DNA of 64,000 nucleotides. Source: Planctomycetales bacterium. Lineage in GTDB: Bacteria > 4484-113. Below are positions 17,735-26,976 of the stretch, piece by piece (within the stretch, counting starts at the first letter, position 1; the number at the start of each line of letters is the position of its first letter). The translations under genes were made by a program, and so were the position numbers. A model generated the notes under the pieces. The model was given only the letters and a program-made list of their open reading frames with translations, searched no databases and was not told the origin of the DNA. Location: positions 64,001 to 128,000 of the forward strand of contig JBBIRS010000001.1 in NCBI GenBank assembly GCA_037441675.1. Direction: 5' to 3'.

Positions 17735-19719
17735 TGCTCTCCCTCCTTATTTTCTGAATTTATGTCCCTGCCAAATCCCCACTTGCCCTGCTTCCACAGG
17801 TTATCGTTGTCAGCCGGGGCACCTTTGTTATATACATCTTTCCCTCCCAAGTCCAAGAAAAGCCCAATACCACCAAATCCCCTCGTCTCATTAGCCATAC
17901 CCTGGTTGTATCCGAGACCCTTTCCCATATAGGCATCATCGCCTTGTTTATCAAGGAGCAGGCCAAAAGAGTTTGTCCAGCCAGACCCCTGACCAACTCC
18001 GTTTGTTATATACCAATCCTCGCCAGAATAATCCACAAGCACACCCACCGCCAAATCATGTGCAGTTCCCTGGCAGGGTCCGTAATGACAAGAATAGCTA
18101 TCCTTGCCAGCTCGATCAATCAATCCTCCCACTGAAAGGTGAATCCCAGCACCTTGCGAGTAATGAACTGAACTGTAAAAGTCATTTCCTTCATCATCTA
18201 CAAGCATGCCTAAGGCATACCAATAACTGCTTCCCTGACCGTAAATCTCAGTCTCGAAAAAGTCGTTACCGCTCCTGTCATAGAGAAGAGCGATGCCACC
18301 GCTACTTGTTCCTCTCCAGCCAAATCCGAATCCTTGCGACAAAGATTGATAAAAATCGCTGTAAAGGGGTTGATGCAGGAATTTCCCCCCAGCGTAGTAC
18401 CTATCATTACCGGCAAAATCAGCTAGCAACCCATATCCCCAGACACTGCCAAAAGCTTGTGAATAAAGTGCAGCGTTATAGCTGTCATTTCCATTCTCAT
18501 CCACGAGAATGCATACTCCAAAAGTGCCCGCACCTTCCGTATGCACATCTCCAGCATAAATGTCATTCCCCCCATGCTCTTGAAAAAATGCATAGCCAAG
18601 AAGCGCACTTCCTAAGCTGTATGAACCTCCTTTATAAATGTCATTTCCCCCGTCATCGTAAAAATAGGCAAGTCCAGCCACTGCGCTTCCAAAAGCAAAG
18701 GAATCATCAGTAATATAAACGTCGTCACCATTACCTAGATCAATTAAGATCTGTGGTTGGTTTATTCCAGAGGCCTGCCTGGCAAGATACTTGTCATTTC
18801 CTCCAAGATCAATGATAACGTCAAAGTTCGCGTAGTAAGAATTGTCACCCGTACCGCCAATAATGATGGAAAGCCCTTTGTCAAACGCGTATCCAAGAAC
18901 GGTTCCAGACACGTTTCTAATGAATTCACCAACGTCTTTTAACTCAAAAGAATCTCCAAGTTCCATAGCTTGGATGGCAAGATATTCTGTTCGCCGAGCA
19001 AAATCAAAGGCAACACCCATAAAGTCCTGCCGTGAAATACGATTTACAATACTAAGAATCTCTTCTGCCTCTAACTTTCCAGGGACATTTTCCAGCGGAT
19101 AAGGTTCATCTCCCAAGCCCATTGTTAGCACGAATTTCCCTAACTCAAGACCATAACCAAGCTCATCATAATGTTCTTCCTCAATCCAGACGTACGGGAG
19201 GCTGTACAAAAGTGAACGAAAATCAAAGTCCGAAATGCCTGCCTTTGTCCTAATATCTTTAAGCCTCAAGCGAAACTCATCTATAAGTACTTTGGCACTC
19301 TCAGCAAGCTCTCTAGGGTTGTTGATTTTCTTTTTCTCTTGTTCAAGGCTCTTTGGCGGTTCAAGGTCCAAGGGTTCTGCAGTTAATTCTAAAAGCTTGG
19401 GAAGATTTGGCCCACATTCTCTAACCTCCATCGCTCGTGAGTGAATGTAATTTAGGGTTTCGAGGGGATAGTCCAAAAGCCTGTTGACAACGCTAAGTCT
19501 ATTTCCATCATCCGCCCACTTCTTCTCAAAGGAAAGGTCTGTGAATGTTAAATTCCCTGTTGCCAACATCTCCTCAATCAATGAGAATTCAGTTTCACCA
19601 ATTGGAGGTGGAATTAGCTGTTCTTGTGTGTCATTCATTTCTCCTGCTTCTGCTATCAAATTTATAGAAGGTATTGTGAGAACGAAGAATAAAATTAGTA
19701 GCTTATAAGTAACTTGCAT
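17731..19719 (-). CDS. Secreted protein with ~12 tandem (D/E)xxGxDx(Y/F) repeats (probable Ca-binding beta-solenoid)
   Basis: Signal peptide. The C-terminal half consists of ~26-aa repeats, e.g. GMLVDDEGNDFY..SQGAG and GGLIDRAGKDSY..CQG. Confidence 0.7.
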   Translation of the reverse strand: MQVTYKLLILFFVLTIPSINLIAEAGEMNDTQEQLIPPPIGETEFSLIEEMLATGNLTFTDLSFEKKWADDGNRLSVVNRLLDYPLETLNYIHSRAMEVRECGPNLPKLLELTAEPLDLEPPKSLEQEKKKINNPRELAESAKVLIDEFRLRLKDIRTKAGISDFDFRSLLYSLPYVWIEEEHYDELGYGLELGKFVLTMGLGDEPYPLENVPGKLEAEEILSIVNRISRQDFMGVAFDFARRTEYLAIQAMELGDSFELKDVGEFIRNVSGTVLGYAFDKGLSIIIGGTGDNSYYANFDVIIDLGGNDKYLARQASGINQPQILIDLGNGDDVYITDDSFAFGSAVAGLAYFYDDGGNDIYKGGSYSLGSALLGYAFFQEHGGNDIYAGDVHTEGAGTFGVCILVDENGNDSYNAALYSQAFGSVWGYGLLADFAGNDRYYAGGKFLHQPLYSDFYQSLSQGFGFGWRGTSSGGIALLYDRSGNDFFETEIYGQGSSYWYALGMLVDDEGNDFYSSVHYSQGAGIHLSVGGLIDRAGKDSYSCHYGPCQGTAHDLAVGVLVDYSGEDWYITNGVGQGSGWTNSFGLLLDKQGDDAYMGKGLGYNQGMANETRGFGGIGLFLDLGGKDVYNKGAPADNDNLWKQGKWGFGRDINSENKEGEQ

Positions 19720-19727
19720 AGAGGTGA

Positions 19728-20834
19728 TTATAAATCAATATTGCTAGTGCGCGAAATACCGGAAGTATTTTTCTCATTTATCAAGTACTTTTCCCTTTTG
19801 AAGTAAACAACATTAAGAATTATCTTAAGAGCTGCAGAGAATGGTAAAGCGACAAGTACGCCCATAAAGCCCCAAACCTGAGCGCCGATCATCATAGCAA
19901 TAAGCACAGTAGCCGGGTGCAAGTCTATTTCCTTGCCCATAATTCTCGGAACTAGCACTTGGCTTTCAAGCACGTGTAAAAGGATATAAAAAACCAAAAC
20001 GAGAATAACAGTCTGAATCGACACCGTTGAAGCAATAATCAACGCAGGTATAAACGAGAGGATAGGACCAATAACTGGTATCAACTCCGCTAATGCACCA
20101 ATTAGCCCAAGGAGAAATGCGTATGGCACTTTAAGTATCAAAAGTCCAATCGTTATCAAGAACCCCATCACTATTGATAATGCCAACTGCCCCCGAACGT
20201 ACCTTCCCATCATGCTATTTATGAGCTCAAGGCTTGCTTCATACTTTTCCGTGTGTCTTTGGGGTAGAAGCGATTTGAACGACTCCTTGAACTTTTGGAC
20301 ATCAATTAGAAAGTAGTATGCAAGCAGGGGAACAAGCAGAATTCCAAGAATAAAAGTTGAAAATCCCTTAAAGGTTTGCATTACAAAAGCGTAGGCTTTC
20401 CCGGTTGTCTGGGGTAAATTCCGCTGAAGAGTCTCTTGAAGGTTTCTGGCTATTGTAATTGCGTAAGCTTCAATTTCAATAGGTGCGGTTCCAGGGAAGC
20501 GTTTCTCAATCCACTTATTAACCTTGTACTCCAACTTGTCCGCTATTTCTGGAATGTCTTTAACGAGTTTATATGCTTCTATGTAAACTCTCTCTCCAAT
20601 GGCAAAGGATATGGCAGACACGAGAAGTAGAAGAAGAATAAAGATAATGAGAAATGCTAATGATGCAGGTAACTTTAATTTCTTACGTAAGGATTTAACT
20701 GGGGAAGCCAATACATAGGCAAGAAGGACTGCGAGAACTATGTAAACGAAGACAATTCTAGCGTAGTATATAACTAGGAGAAAAAGTAGAACCGCAACAA
20801 CAATAATAGTCTTCTTGAAAAAATCCCACAACAC
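19728..20834 (-). CDS. AI-2E family transporter
   Basis: Multi-TM protein with YVRGQL, ELIPVIGP, LVPRIMG..LHP and G..G...ALP. Confidence 0.9.
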   Translation of the reverse strand: MLWDFFKKTIIVVAVLLFLLVIYYARIVFVYIVLAVLLAYVLASPVKSLRKKLKLPASLAFLIIFILLLLLVSAISFAIGERVYIEAYKLVKDIPEIADKLEYKVNKWIEKRFPGTAPIEIEAYAITIARNLQETLQRNLPQTTGKAYAFVMQTFKGFSTFILGILLVPLLAYYFLIDVQKFKESFKSLLPQRHTEKYEASLELINSMMGRYVRGQLALSIVMGFLITIGLLILKVPYAFLLGLIGALAELIPVIGPILSFIPALIIASTVSIQTVILVLVFYILLHVLESQVLVPRIMGKEIDLHPATVLIAMMIGAQVWGFMGVLVALPFSAALKIILNVVYFKREKYLINEKNTSGISRTSNIDL

Positions 20835-20874
20835 CGTGATACCCTAGGGGTAAGTATATCATTAGAAAGACAAC

Positions 20875-21831
20875 TTACGGCAGACTAACCTTCAATTCTT
20901 CATATCCTTCAACAAGCTCCCTCACAATTTCTGCAACACTCTTAATGTCTCTCGCTAACCCACAGATTTGCCCTATTTCAATTTCCCCATTTTCAGTATC
21001 TCCTAAATCAGCCGCAAGTTCCATCGGATCTTTACCGCTGGACAATGCTCTAATTTCTTCTCTGGTTGCGCATCTATCCTCCAGTTCCTTCACTCTGCGC
21101 CCATAGGCGTTCAGCATCATCCTAGTAGGATTGTATCTACGTTTTAGAAGCATTGTTGAGGTATCGTTAGCCTCAACTATTGCGCTCTTATAATTAGGGT
21201 GGAGGTGGCTTTCAAGGCTAGCGGCAAAGCGAGTGCCGATTTGAACCCCCATCGCGTCCAGAGAAAAGGCTGCTAAAATCCCACGAGAATCCGCTATACC
21301 TCCAGCAGCAATCACTGGAATATCAACCGCATCAACAACCTGCGGAACTAAGCACATAGTCGTAATTTCATCAAAGCCGTTATGCCCTCCAGCTTCAAAG
21401 CCTTCTGCGACAACCGCGTCCATCTTGAGCTCCTCGCATTTCTTCGCCATCTTCACATTCGCGATAACGTGCGCCCATCGAATCTTTCGTCCCAGCATTT
21501 GCTCGTAATCGCGAATTTTAGGTTCAATCTTTGCAGGGTTTCCAGCTGAAGTGAAGAATATGTCTATGCCCTCCTCCTGCGCGATGTGGAGGCATTCTTC
21601 CGCGTCTTCCCTCAACAGCGGAATATTTACTCCAAATCGTCCTTTAGCATTTTCCTTCGTTTTCCTTATTTCATTTTTGAAAGTATCAGGGCTCATTGCG
21701 CCTGCGGACACTAGCCCAAGAATTCCAGCGTTTGCAGCTGCGGTTGCCAACCCAGAGAATCCTGTCCTCGTCATCCCCGCCTGAATAATGGGGTATTTGA
21801 TGCCGAAAAGGTTGCACAATTCCGTTTGCAT
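20875..21831 (-). CDS. Nitronate monooxygenase / FabK-like FMN-dependent oxidoreductase
   Basis: Motifs YPIIQAGM, FGVN, EGFEAGGH, PVIAAGGIAD and GVQIGTRF. Confidence 0.9.
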   Translation of the reverse strand: MQTELCNLFGIKYPIIQAGMTRTGFSGLATAAANAGILGLVSAGAMSPDTFKNEIRKTKENAKGRFGVNIPLLREDAEECLHIAQEEGIDIFFTSAGNPAKIEPKIRDYEQMLGRKIRWAHVIANVKMAKKCEELKMDAVVAEGFEAGGHNGFDEITTMCLVPQVVDAVDIPVIAAGGIADSRGILAAFSLDAMGVQIGTRFAASLESHLHPNYKSAIVEANDTSTMLLKRRYNPTRMMLNAYGRRVKELEDRCATREEIRALSSGKDPMELAADLGDTENGEIEIGQICGLARDIKSVAEIVRELVEGYEELKVSLP

Positions 21832-21933
21832 GAGCTTGCATTATACATATAAATTTAAGATACTCCTAAACTAGTTGAAGGTGGGATTTCACGAAATTGG
21901 AATAGCATCTATAGTTGCTATAATCAGTTACTA

Positions 21934-22599
21934 GTGAATGCGAACCTAACCCTGGCGGTTCTCATCTCCGGTGGTGGCACCACACTCAAGAGTCTCATTG
22001 AAAAGATAGCAGAGGGGAAATTAAAGGCGAAGATAAAAGCAGTCATTTCATCCCGTCCCGATGCGCGTGGGCTTACGTTTGCCAGGGAGGTGGGTATCCC
22101 TACCTTTGTTGTAAACCGCAAGGAGTTCAAGTCCACGAAAGATTTCTCGGAAAAGATTACGGCAATTCTCCGCGAGATTAATCCCGACTTAATAGTCTTC
22201 GGAGGATTTCTCTGCTTCTATCAGTTCCCACCAGAATTTAGCGGACGTATCATTAACATCCATCCCGCGCTACTGCCCTCTTTTGGCGGTAAAGGAATGT
22301 ATGGCGACCATGTTCATGAGGCAGTTCTAAAAAGTGGCGCGAAAGTCTCTGGTTGCACTGTTCACTTTGTGGACGAAATTTACGACCATGGTCCAATCAT
22401 TGCCCAGCGCGTGGTGCCGGTTTTGCCAGATGATACGGTTGAATCGCTTAGGGAACGTGTTCAATCTACTGAGCGCGAGCTTTATCCGGAGGTGATCAAC
22501 TGGTTTGCCGAGGGACGTATTAGCCTGACCCAAGAGGGAAAAGTTCTTGTAAAATCTCTAGATATTAGGCTATTTAATAAAGAGCTTGAGCCAAAGTAA
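21934..22599 (+). CDS. purN: Phosphoribosylglycinamide formyltransferase
   Basis: Motifs VLISGGGT, INIHPALLPSFGG and SGCTVHFVDE.YDHGPII.Q. Confidence 0.96.
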   Translation: MNANLTLAVLISGGGTTLKSLIEKIAEGKLKAKIKAVISSRPDARGLTFAREVGIPTFVVNRKEFKSTKDFSEKITAILREINPDLIVFGGFLCFYQFPPEFSGRIINIHPALLPSFGGKGMYGDHVHEAVLKSGAKVSGCTVHFVDEIYDHGPIIAQRVVPVLPDDTVESLRERVQSTERELYPEVINWFAEGRISLTQEGKVLVKSLDIRLFNKELEPK

Positions 22600-23387
22600 T
22601 GATATTTAATGAGAAAGCAATAAATAGCATCGCTGAGCACCTAAATAAAGCTCGCGCCGTAGTAGTTCTGACCGGTGCTGGGGTCTCAGCTGAAAGCGGT
22701 GTTCCCACCTTCCGTGGAGCTGGTGGTTTTTGGAAAGACGAGGAAGAAGTTATGAGGCTAGCAACTCTTCAGGGGTTCCTCAATGACCCGAAGGCAGTCT
22801 GGGAATGGTATGACATGCGCAGATGTATGGCAAAAAGTGTTGAACCTAATTCCGGGCATTTCGCATTGGCAGAACTTGAAGAACTAATATCTAAAGCTGG
22901 CAAGAGGTTCGCTCTTATCACCCAAAATATAGATGGTCTTCACGAGCGTGCGGGTTCAAAAAACATAATTGAGCTTCATGGCAATCTCTGGTATGCAAGA
23001 TGTCTTAAAGAATGTTGTTCTGATCTTTTTCCCCTTTTAGATGCTCCTCTTCCTAATTATCCTCCAGCCTGTCCTAAGTGTGGGGGAATACTTCGCCCTC
23101 ACGTTGTTTGGTTCGGAGAGCTACTCAATCCCCTCGTTCTTGAAAACGCAACTAGAATAGCTATGACTGCGGATATAATGCTAGTTGTGGGTACATCAGC
23201 GCAGATTTATCCCGCAGCAGGATTACCCTGCACCGCTCGTCAAAGTGGTGCCACTATTGTTGAGATAAACATAGAAAGCACTGAACTAACTCCCATCGTT
23301 CAGTACTCTATCTTAGGTAAAAGCGGAGAAGTTCTACCCCGAATTGTGAAAGCTTTTAGAGAATTCCTCCAAGGACGTGGCGATTAA
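22599..23387 (+). CDS. cobB: NAD-dependent protein deacylase (sirtuin)
   Basis: Motifs TGAGVSAESGVPTFRG, ITQNIDGLH, ELHG, Zn-binding Cys pairs, LRPHVVWFGE and VGTS...YPAA. Confidence 0.95.
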   Translation: MIFNEKAINSIAEHLNKARAVVVLTGAGVSAESGVPTFRGAGGFWKDEEEVMRLATLQGFLNDPKAVWEWYDMRRCMAKSVEPNSGHFALAELEELISKAGKRFALITQNIDGLHERAGSKNIIELHGNLWYARCLKECCSDLFPLLDAPLPNYPPACPKCGGILRPHVVWFGELLNPLVLENATRIAMTADIMLVVGTSAQIYPAAGLPCTARQSGATIVEINIESTELTPIVQYSILGKSGEVLPRIVKAFREFLQGRGD

Positions 23388-25065
23388 ACGGCTAAAAAGG
23401 ATGAGGAACCACCCATCCATCTGGGATATATGCACTTTGCATTTATTAATGCCCCTTCTCATTTTGTCACTCTTGAACTTCATTTCTTGTGATTACACTT
23501 CCGAGATAAAGCAAAATGAGATCGATGGAAAAGGAATTGACAAGGGCGAAGAATCTAAGGCAATTACTCAAGCACCTGCAGAATTCTCAAGCTTAGCGTT
23601 CTTAGATAGCTCACTCTCCATAATTGAAACTGCTAGGCTTTCCACTTATTCTGGTCAGGTTTTCAAACGTGCGAAGTTCTACAAAGGAGACGATTCTGCT
23701 TTACTGCTTATCTCCCCCTTTGCCTTTGGTGAAAGTGTAATCACTGAAGGTAGACTTATCGCTGTAACCTTAAAAGAACCTTTTGATACGTATGAGTTAA
23801 AAGATAAGCGAAGGGTAATTGAGCTAACAGTTGGCGATAGTCCATCAGAGGTTTATTTCAACGTCATTGAGGCTAGGGATAAACAAGGTTCAATAAAAGA
23901 TTCAGCCGGTGATTCATCTAAGAGTGTTTCTCCAAATAACAAAACTGAAGACGCAACACAATCCAGCTCTCAAAATGCCCAATTGATAAGCGGTGGAAAA
24001 GCTGTTAATGCTCAGGATGGCAGTGAAAAGACCGAATCGAAGGCTTCCAATGCAGAAGCTAAGTATGAAACCCATCTTTATCAATTGGATGAGGAAGGGA
24101 AGGTAAAGAAACTACCAGTCTTTAACTCTCTTGTAATTCAATCCTACAAGAGTGGTTTACTCTTACTTAGGCATTTCAATGGCTTGCAGTTAACCGGTGA
24201 TGGCTATCAGGAGCGTTCGCCAATCAGCTACTCCTTGACAAGCTCAAATGATGGCAAAGTCTTAGCTTCTTTTGATTATGAACCGATACTATCCCCATCC
24301 CAGAAGAAATCCTTGCGGGTAATTAGGAAATATAATATTAGCGATTACTCGGCTTCAGAGTTTTCGGTTTACATAAATGATATTCAAACCAACAAGAAAG
24401 TAGAAGGTTCTGCCAAGAAATCTCATCAGGAAACAGAGCTCTACACAACTAGCTATTACCTTACTATGGAGGAGGACAGGTGGCTTCCTCAAGTTCTTTT
24501 TATTAATGATAAATCTCTTCTAATAACCACATTTACCCCAGAAGATGCTTCCCGTAAGGGTAAGGAACAAGCTGATGAACCCTATATGAAATCGCTTTCT
24601 CTGTTATCGGGGAAGCTCAATTTAGAAAAGCTAGATATAGCCACGAAGAAAAAAGTCCCAATTCTTAAAGACATAAGTCCATACTTAAACGTTAACTATT
24701 CACCGGGTGAACCTGTCTTTCTAGTCACTTACTTTACGAAGGAAAGTGGAGACAAAGTCTTCAAGGTAGAAGTAGTCACCATTGACGGTCGGAAATCGCG
24801 AACCATCTACAGTGTAAAAGGACCCTCTTCGCTCTCCATTGAGGATGTTGACTACGCTTCAGGTTCACTCTTGATTTTGCAGAGCTTTTCTAGAGGTGAC
24901 GAAAGGTATTCAGAGGTTATTTGCTTAAAACTCTCCAAAGAATCAAGAAGCAAAAACAAAAAGGATGAACCTTTCGAGAAACCCAAACGAAAACGTGAAG
25001 AAGCTTATCCACCTGGCTTTGACGAATCCCAAGCGGAACCCCCTCCAATAAACATACCCACATAG
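23377..25065 (+). CDS. Hypothetical probable lipoprotein (beta-rich, possibly a propeller); start uncertain
   Basis: Long ORF with a hydrophobic segment ending in FISC (lipobox-like) and a low-complexity Ser-rich insert. No family recognised. Confidence 0.55.
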   Translation: MAIKRLKRMRNHPSIWDICTLHLLMPLLILSLLNFISCDYTSEIKQNEIDGKGIDKGEESKAITQAPAEFSSLAFLDSSLSIIETARLSTYSGQVFKRAKFYKGDDSALLLISPFAFGESVITEGRLIAVTLKEPFDTYELKDKRRVIELTVGDSPSEVYFNVIEARDKQGSIKDSAGDSSKSVSPNNKTEDATQSSSQNAQLISGGKAVNAQDGSEKTESKASNAEAKYETHLYQLDEEGKVKKLPVFNSLVIQSYKSGLLLLRHFNGLQLTGDGYQERSPISYSLTSSNDGKVLASFDYEPILSPSQKKSLRVIRKYNISDYSASEFSVYINDIQTNKKVEGSAKKSHQETELYTTSYYLTMEEDRWLPQVLFINDKSLLITTFTPEDASRKGKEQADEPYMKSLSLLSGKLNLEKLDIATKKKVPILKDISPYLNVNYSPGEPVFLVTYFTKESGDKVFKVEVVTIDGRKSRTIYSVKGPSSLSIEDVDYASGSLLILQSFSRGDERYSEVICLKLSKESRSKNKKDEPFEKPKRKREEAYPPGFDESQAEPPPINIPT

Positions 25066-25180
25066 CATAACGACCGCTGACAAATCATTTTTCTTTCCTA
25101 GCCCAATTCCAATTTCAAATCTCTTAATAGAAAGCTTGCCTAAGGAGGTTGCCTAATACCTGCAAGTCCATTTTCAAAAG

Positions 25181-25930
25181 TTATTTGTTAAATAATGAAG
25201 CTAATTTTTTTCTTAGATTAAAGCCCTTTATTCTTGACGATAAAACCTCCGTATAAGAAATCTGCGCTTCAGAAGTAATGCTTCTGTTAATTTCAGACTC
25301 TAGCGAACGAAGAATATCAAGTTTAGCCTCGGCTTCATCACCTAGGAGATTAAGGGTAGAGCGAAGAGATCTAGCCTTCTCCTCCAGTTTCAATCTCTCA
25401 GCGTCTTTTTGAGCAAGCTGGTGCTGAATATTCAGAAAATCAGAAAGGTCAATCCCGAAAAAGAAGTTCCGAGTACCAAATGGAATCACAAACTGCTGCG
25501 ACAAACCGCGAAGCCTCTCCGATACCTCTAACAGCTCTCTTTTAACTTCAAAGCTCGTTTCTAATATTGAAGTTACTTCCTCAAAATGTCTTAAAGATGA
25601 CTTGAGAAGATCAAGGGAATTTGGGAAAAAGATAATTTGAATTCCATTAGTCTTTGTGCGGAAAACTGTTACCTCGTAATTCATTGCAGAAATTCCATCG
25701 TGAATGCTTTTCTCCTCCTTAATGTCCTGGAATTGCTCTAAAACAATCTTCAGCTGGCGTGATAGAGCGTCTATATTTTCTGAAAGCTGTTCCGTCGCCT
25801 TTTGCAAGGCATCAAGCTCGGCATCTTTATTCCTCTTAAACTTCTCGTAATCAAGAGTTGCGCTTATAGCACCATAAGTAATTACAATTAACCAAGGAAG
25901 AGCATAAACTAGAACAAAGCTTGCACGCAT
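25181..25930 (-). CDS. Hypothetical membrane-anchored coiled-coil protein
   Basis: N-terminal hydrophobic helix followed by heptad-like charged helices. Confidence 0.55.
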   Translation of the reverse strand: MRASFVLVYALPWLIVITYGAISATLDYEKFKRNKDAELDALQKATEQLSENIDALSRQLKIVLEQFQDIKEEKSIHDGISAMNYEVTVFRTKTNGIQIIFFPNSLDLLKSSLRHFEEVTSILETSFEVKRELLEVSERLRGLSQQFVIPFGTRNFFFGIDLSDFLNIQHQLAQKDAERLKLEEKARSLRSTLNLLGDEAEAKLDILRSLESEINRSITSEAQISYTEVLSSRIKGFNLRKKLASLFNK

Positions 25931-26061
25931 TATTTTGCCCTTACTATCTTAATACCTTATACCTTGATTCATTCTAACCTATGGGATGCTTGTTACTCAA
26001 ATATGGAAAGTTGTTCTTTCCATAGTTCCTCGTTCTAGATGATATACTTTTCTCTTATTCT

Positions 26062-26832
26062 ATGCGTCTGATAAATTTTGCAAGTGGGAGCCGTGGCAAT
26101 TGCACTCTTCTTTCTAGTGGCGACCAAATCCTTATTATTGATTGTGGTATATCTTTGCGGAGTTTGCTTTCTGGGCTTAAGGAGGTGGGCATTTCAGTTT
26201 CAGACATTGATCTTGTCTTGATTACTCATCTTCATAATGACCATTTCAAAGGATTTGCAAAATGGTATAGTCATTTACCACTAGCCTTCGCGATTCCCCT
26301 TTCAGTTATTGGTCAGGTTGCGGGTACTTTGGGTGGGAAGCTAAATCCCAGGAGAATTGTTACTTTTGCACCCTACAATACACTTAGGCTTGGCGATATG
26401 TCAATCACCCTCTTCCCACTTCCCCATGACGCAGCCGAAACAGTTGGCGTCAATGTTAGCATCAACGATAAGAGCATTTCTTACTTAACTGACCTAGGTT
26501 CCTTCAATGATGATTTGCTTCAATTCTTGGAAAATCAGGACGCAATCTTCTTGGAGGCTAACCATGAAGTTGAACTAGTTAAAAATTCTCGCTACCCTGA
26601 AAGCGTCAAGCGGAGGATACTTAGTCCAAATGGGCATTTAAGCAACAAACAAGCGATTTCCCTTGTTTCAAGCCTTAAATATCCACCCGAGATGCTTATC
26701 TTTGGGCATTTGAGCGAAAATAACAATTCTCCAAGTTTAGTAATGGAAAGAGTTGGCAATTCTACTATGTCTCATAGTATTTCAGTCATAGATTTTGCAT
26801 TTCAAGGAAAGACTACGCAATTCAAATTTTAA
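26062..26832 (+). CDS. MBL-fold metallo-hydrolase (YycJ/WalJ-like)
   Basis: Motifs ASGSRGN, IDCG, THLHNDH, PHDA, TDLG, EANH, GHLSN and HLSENNN. Confidence 0.92.
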   Translation: MRLINFASGSRGNCTLLSSGDQILIIDCGISLRSLLSGLKEVGISVSDIDLVLITHLHNDHFKGFAKWYSHLPLAFAIPLSVIGQVAGTLGGKLNPRRIVTFAPYNTLRLGDMSITLFPLPHDAAETVGVNVSINDKSISYLTDLGSFNDDLLQFLENQDAIFLEANHEVELVKNSRYPESVKRRILSPNGHLSNKQAISLVSSLKYPPEMLIFGHLSENNNSPSLVMERVGNSTMSHSISVIDFAFQGKTTQFKF

Positions 26833-26976
26833 TTCTTCTCTAAATAGTGTTATAATTATACAACTAACTAGTGCCCAAGGTAGCGGATAGTTTTATGATT
26901 ACCTCGTGGTGCTGTTAGAGCTGATATATTTGGCTAATAAGAGGTTAACAGATAGAAAAATTTGGGGAGGTTTATT

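Noticed and set aside
17973..18713. 246-aa ORF on the + strand
   Set aside because: It is the antisense shadow of the repeat-protein gene, with atypical His/Gln/Cys-rich composition and no recognisable motifs.
25150..25168. TGCCTAATACCTGCAAGTC resembles a conserved 5' 16S rRNA segment (TGCCTAATACATGCAAGTC)
   Set aside because: It is an isolated 19-mer in a ~115-bp gap between convergent genes, and the flanks show no rRNA similarity. Treated as chance.
26833..26976. Possible riboswitch in the leader of the modular lipoprotein (also considered for 31649-32089 and 42403-42770)
   Set aside because: I could not match the conserved core of any riboswitch class by eye. An Rfam/Infernal scan would be needed.
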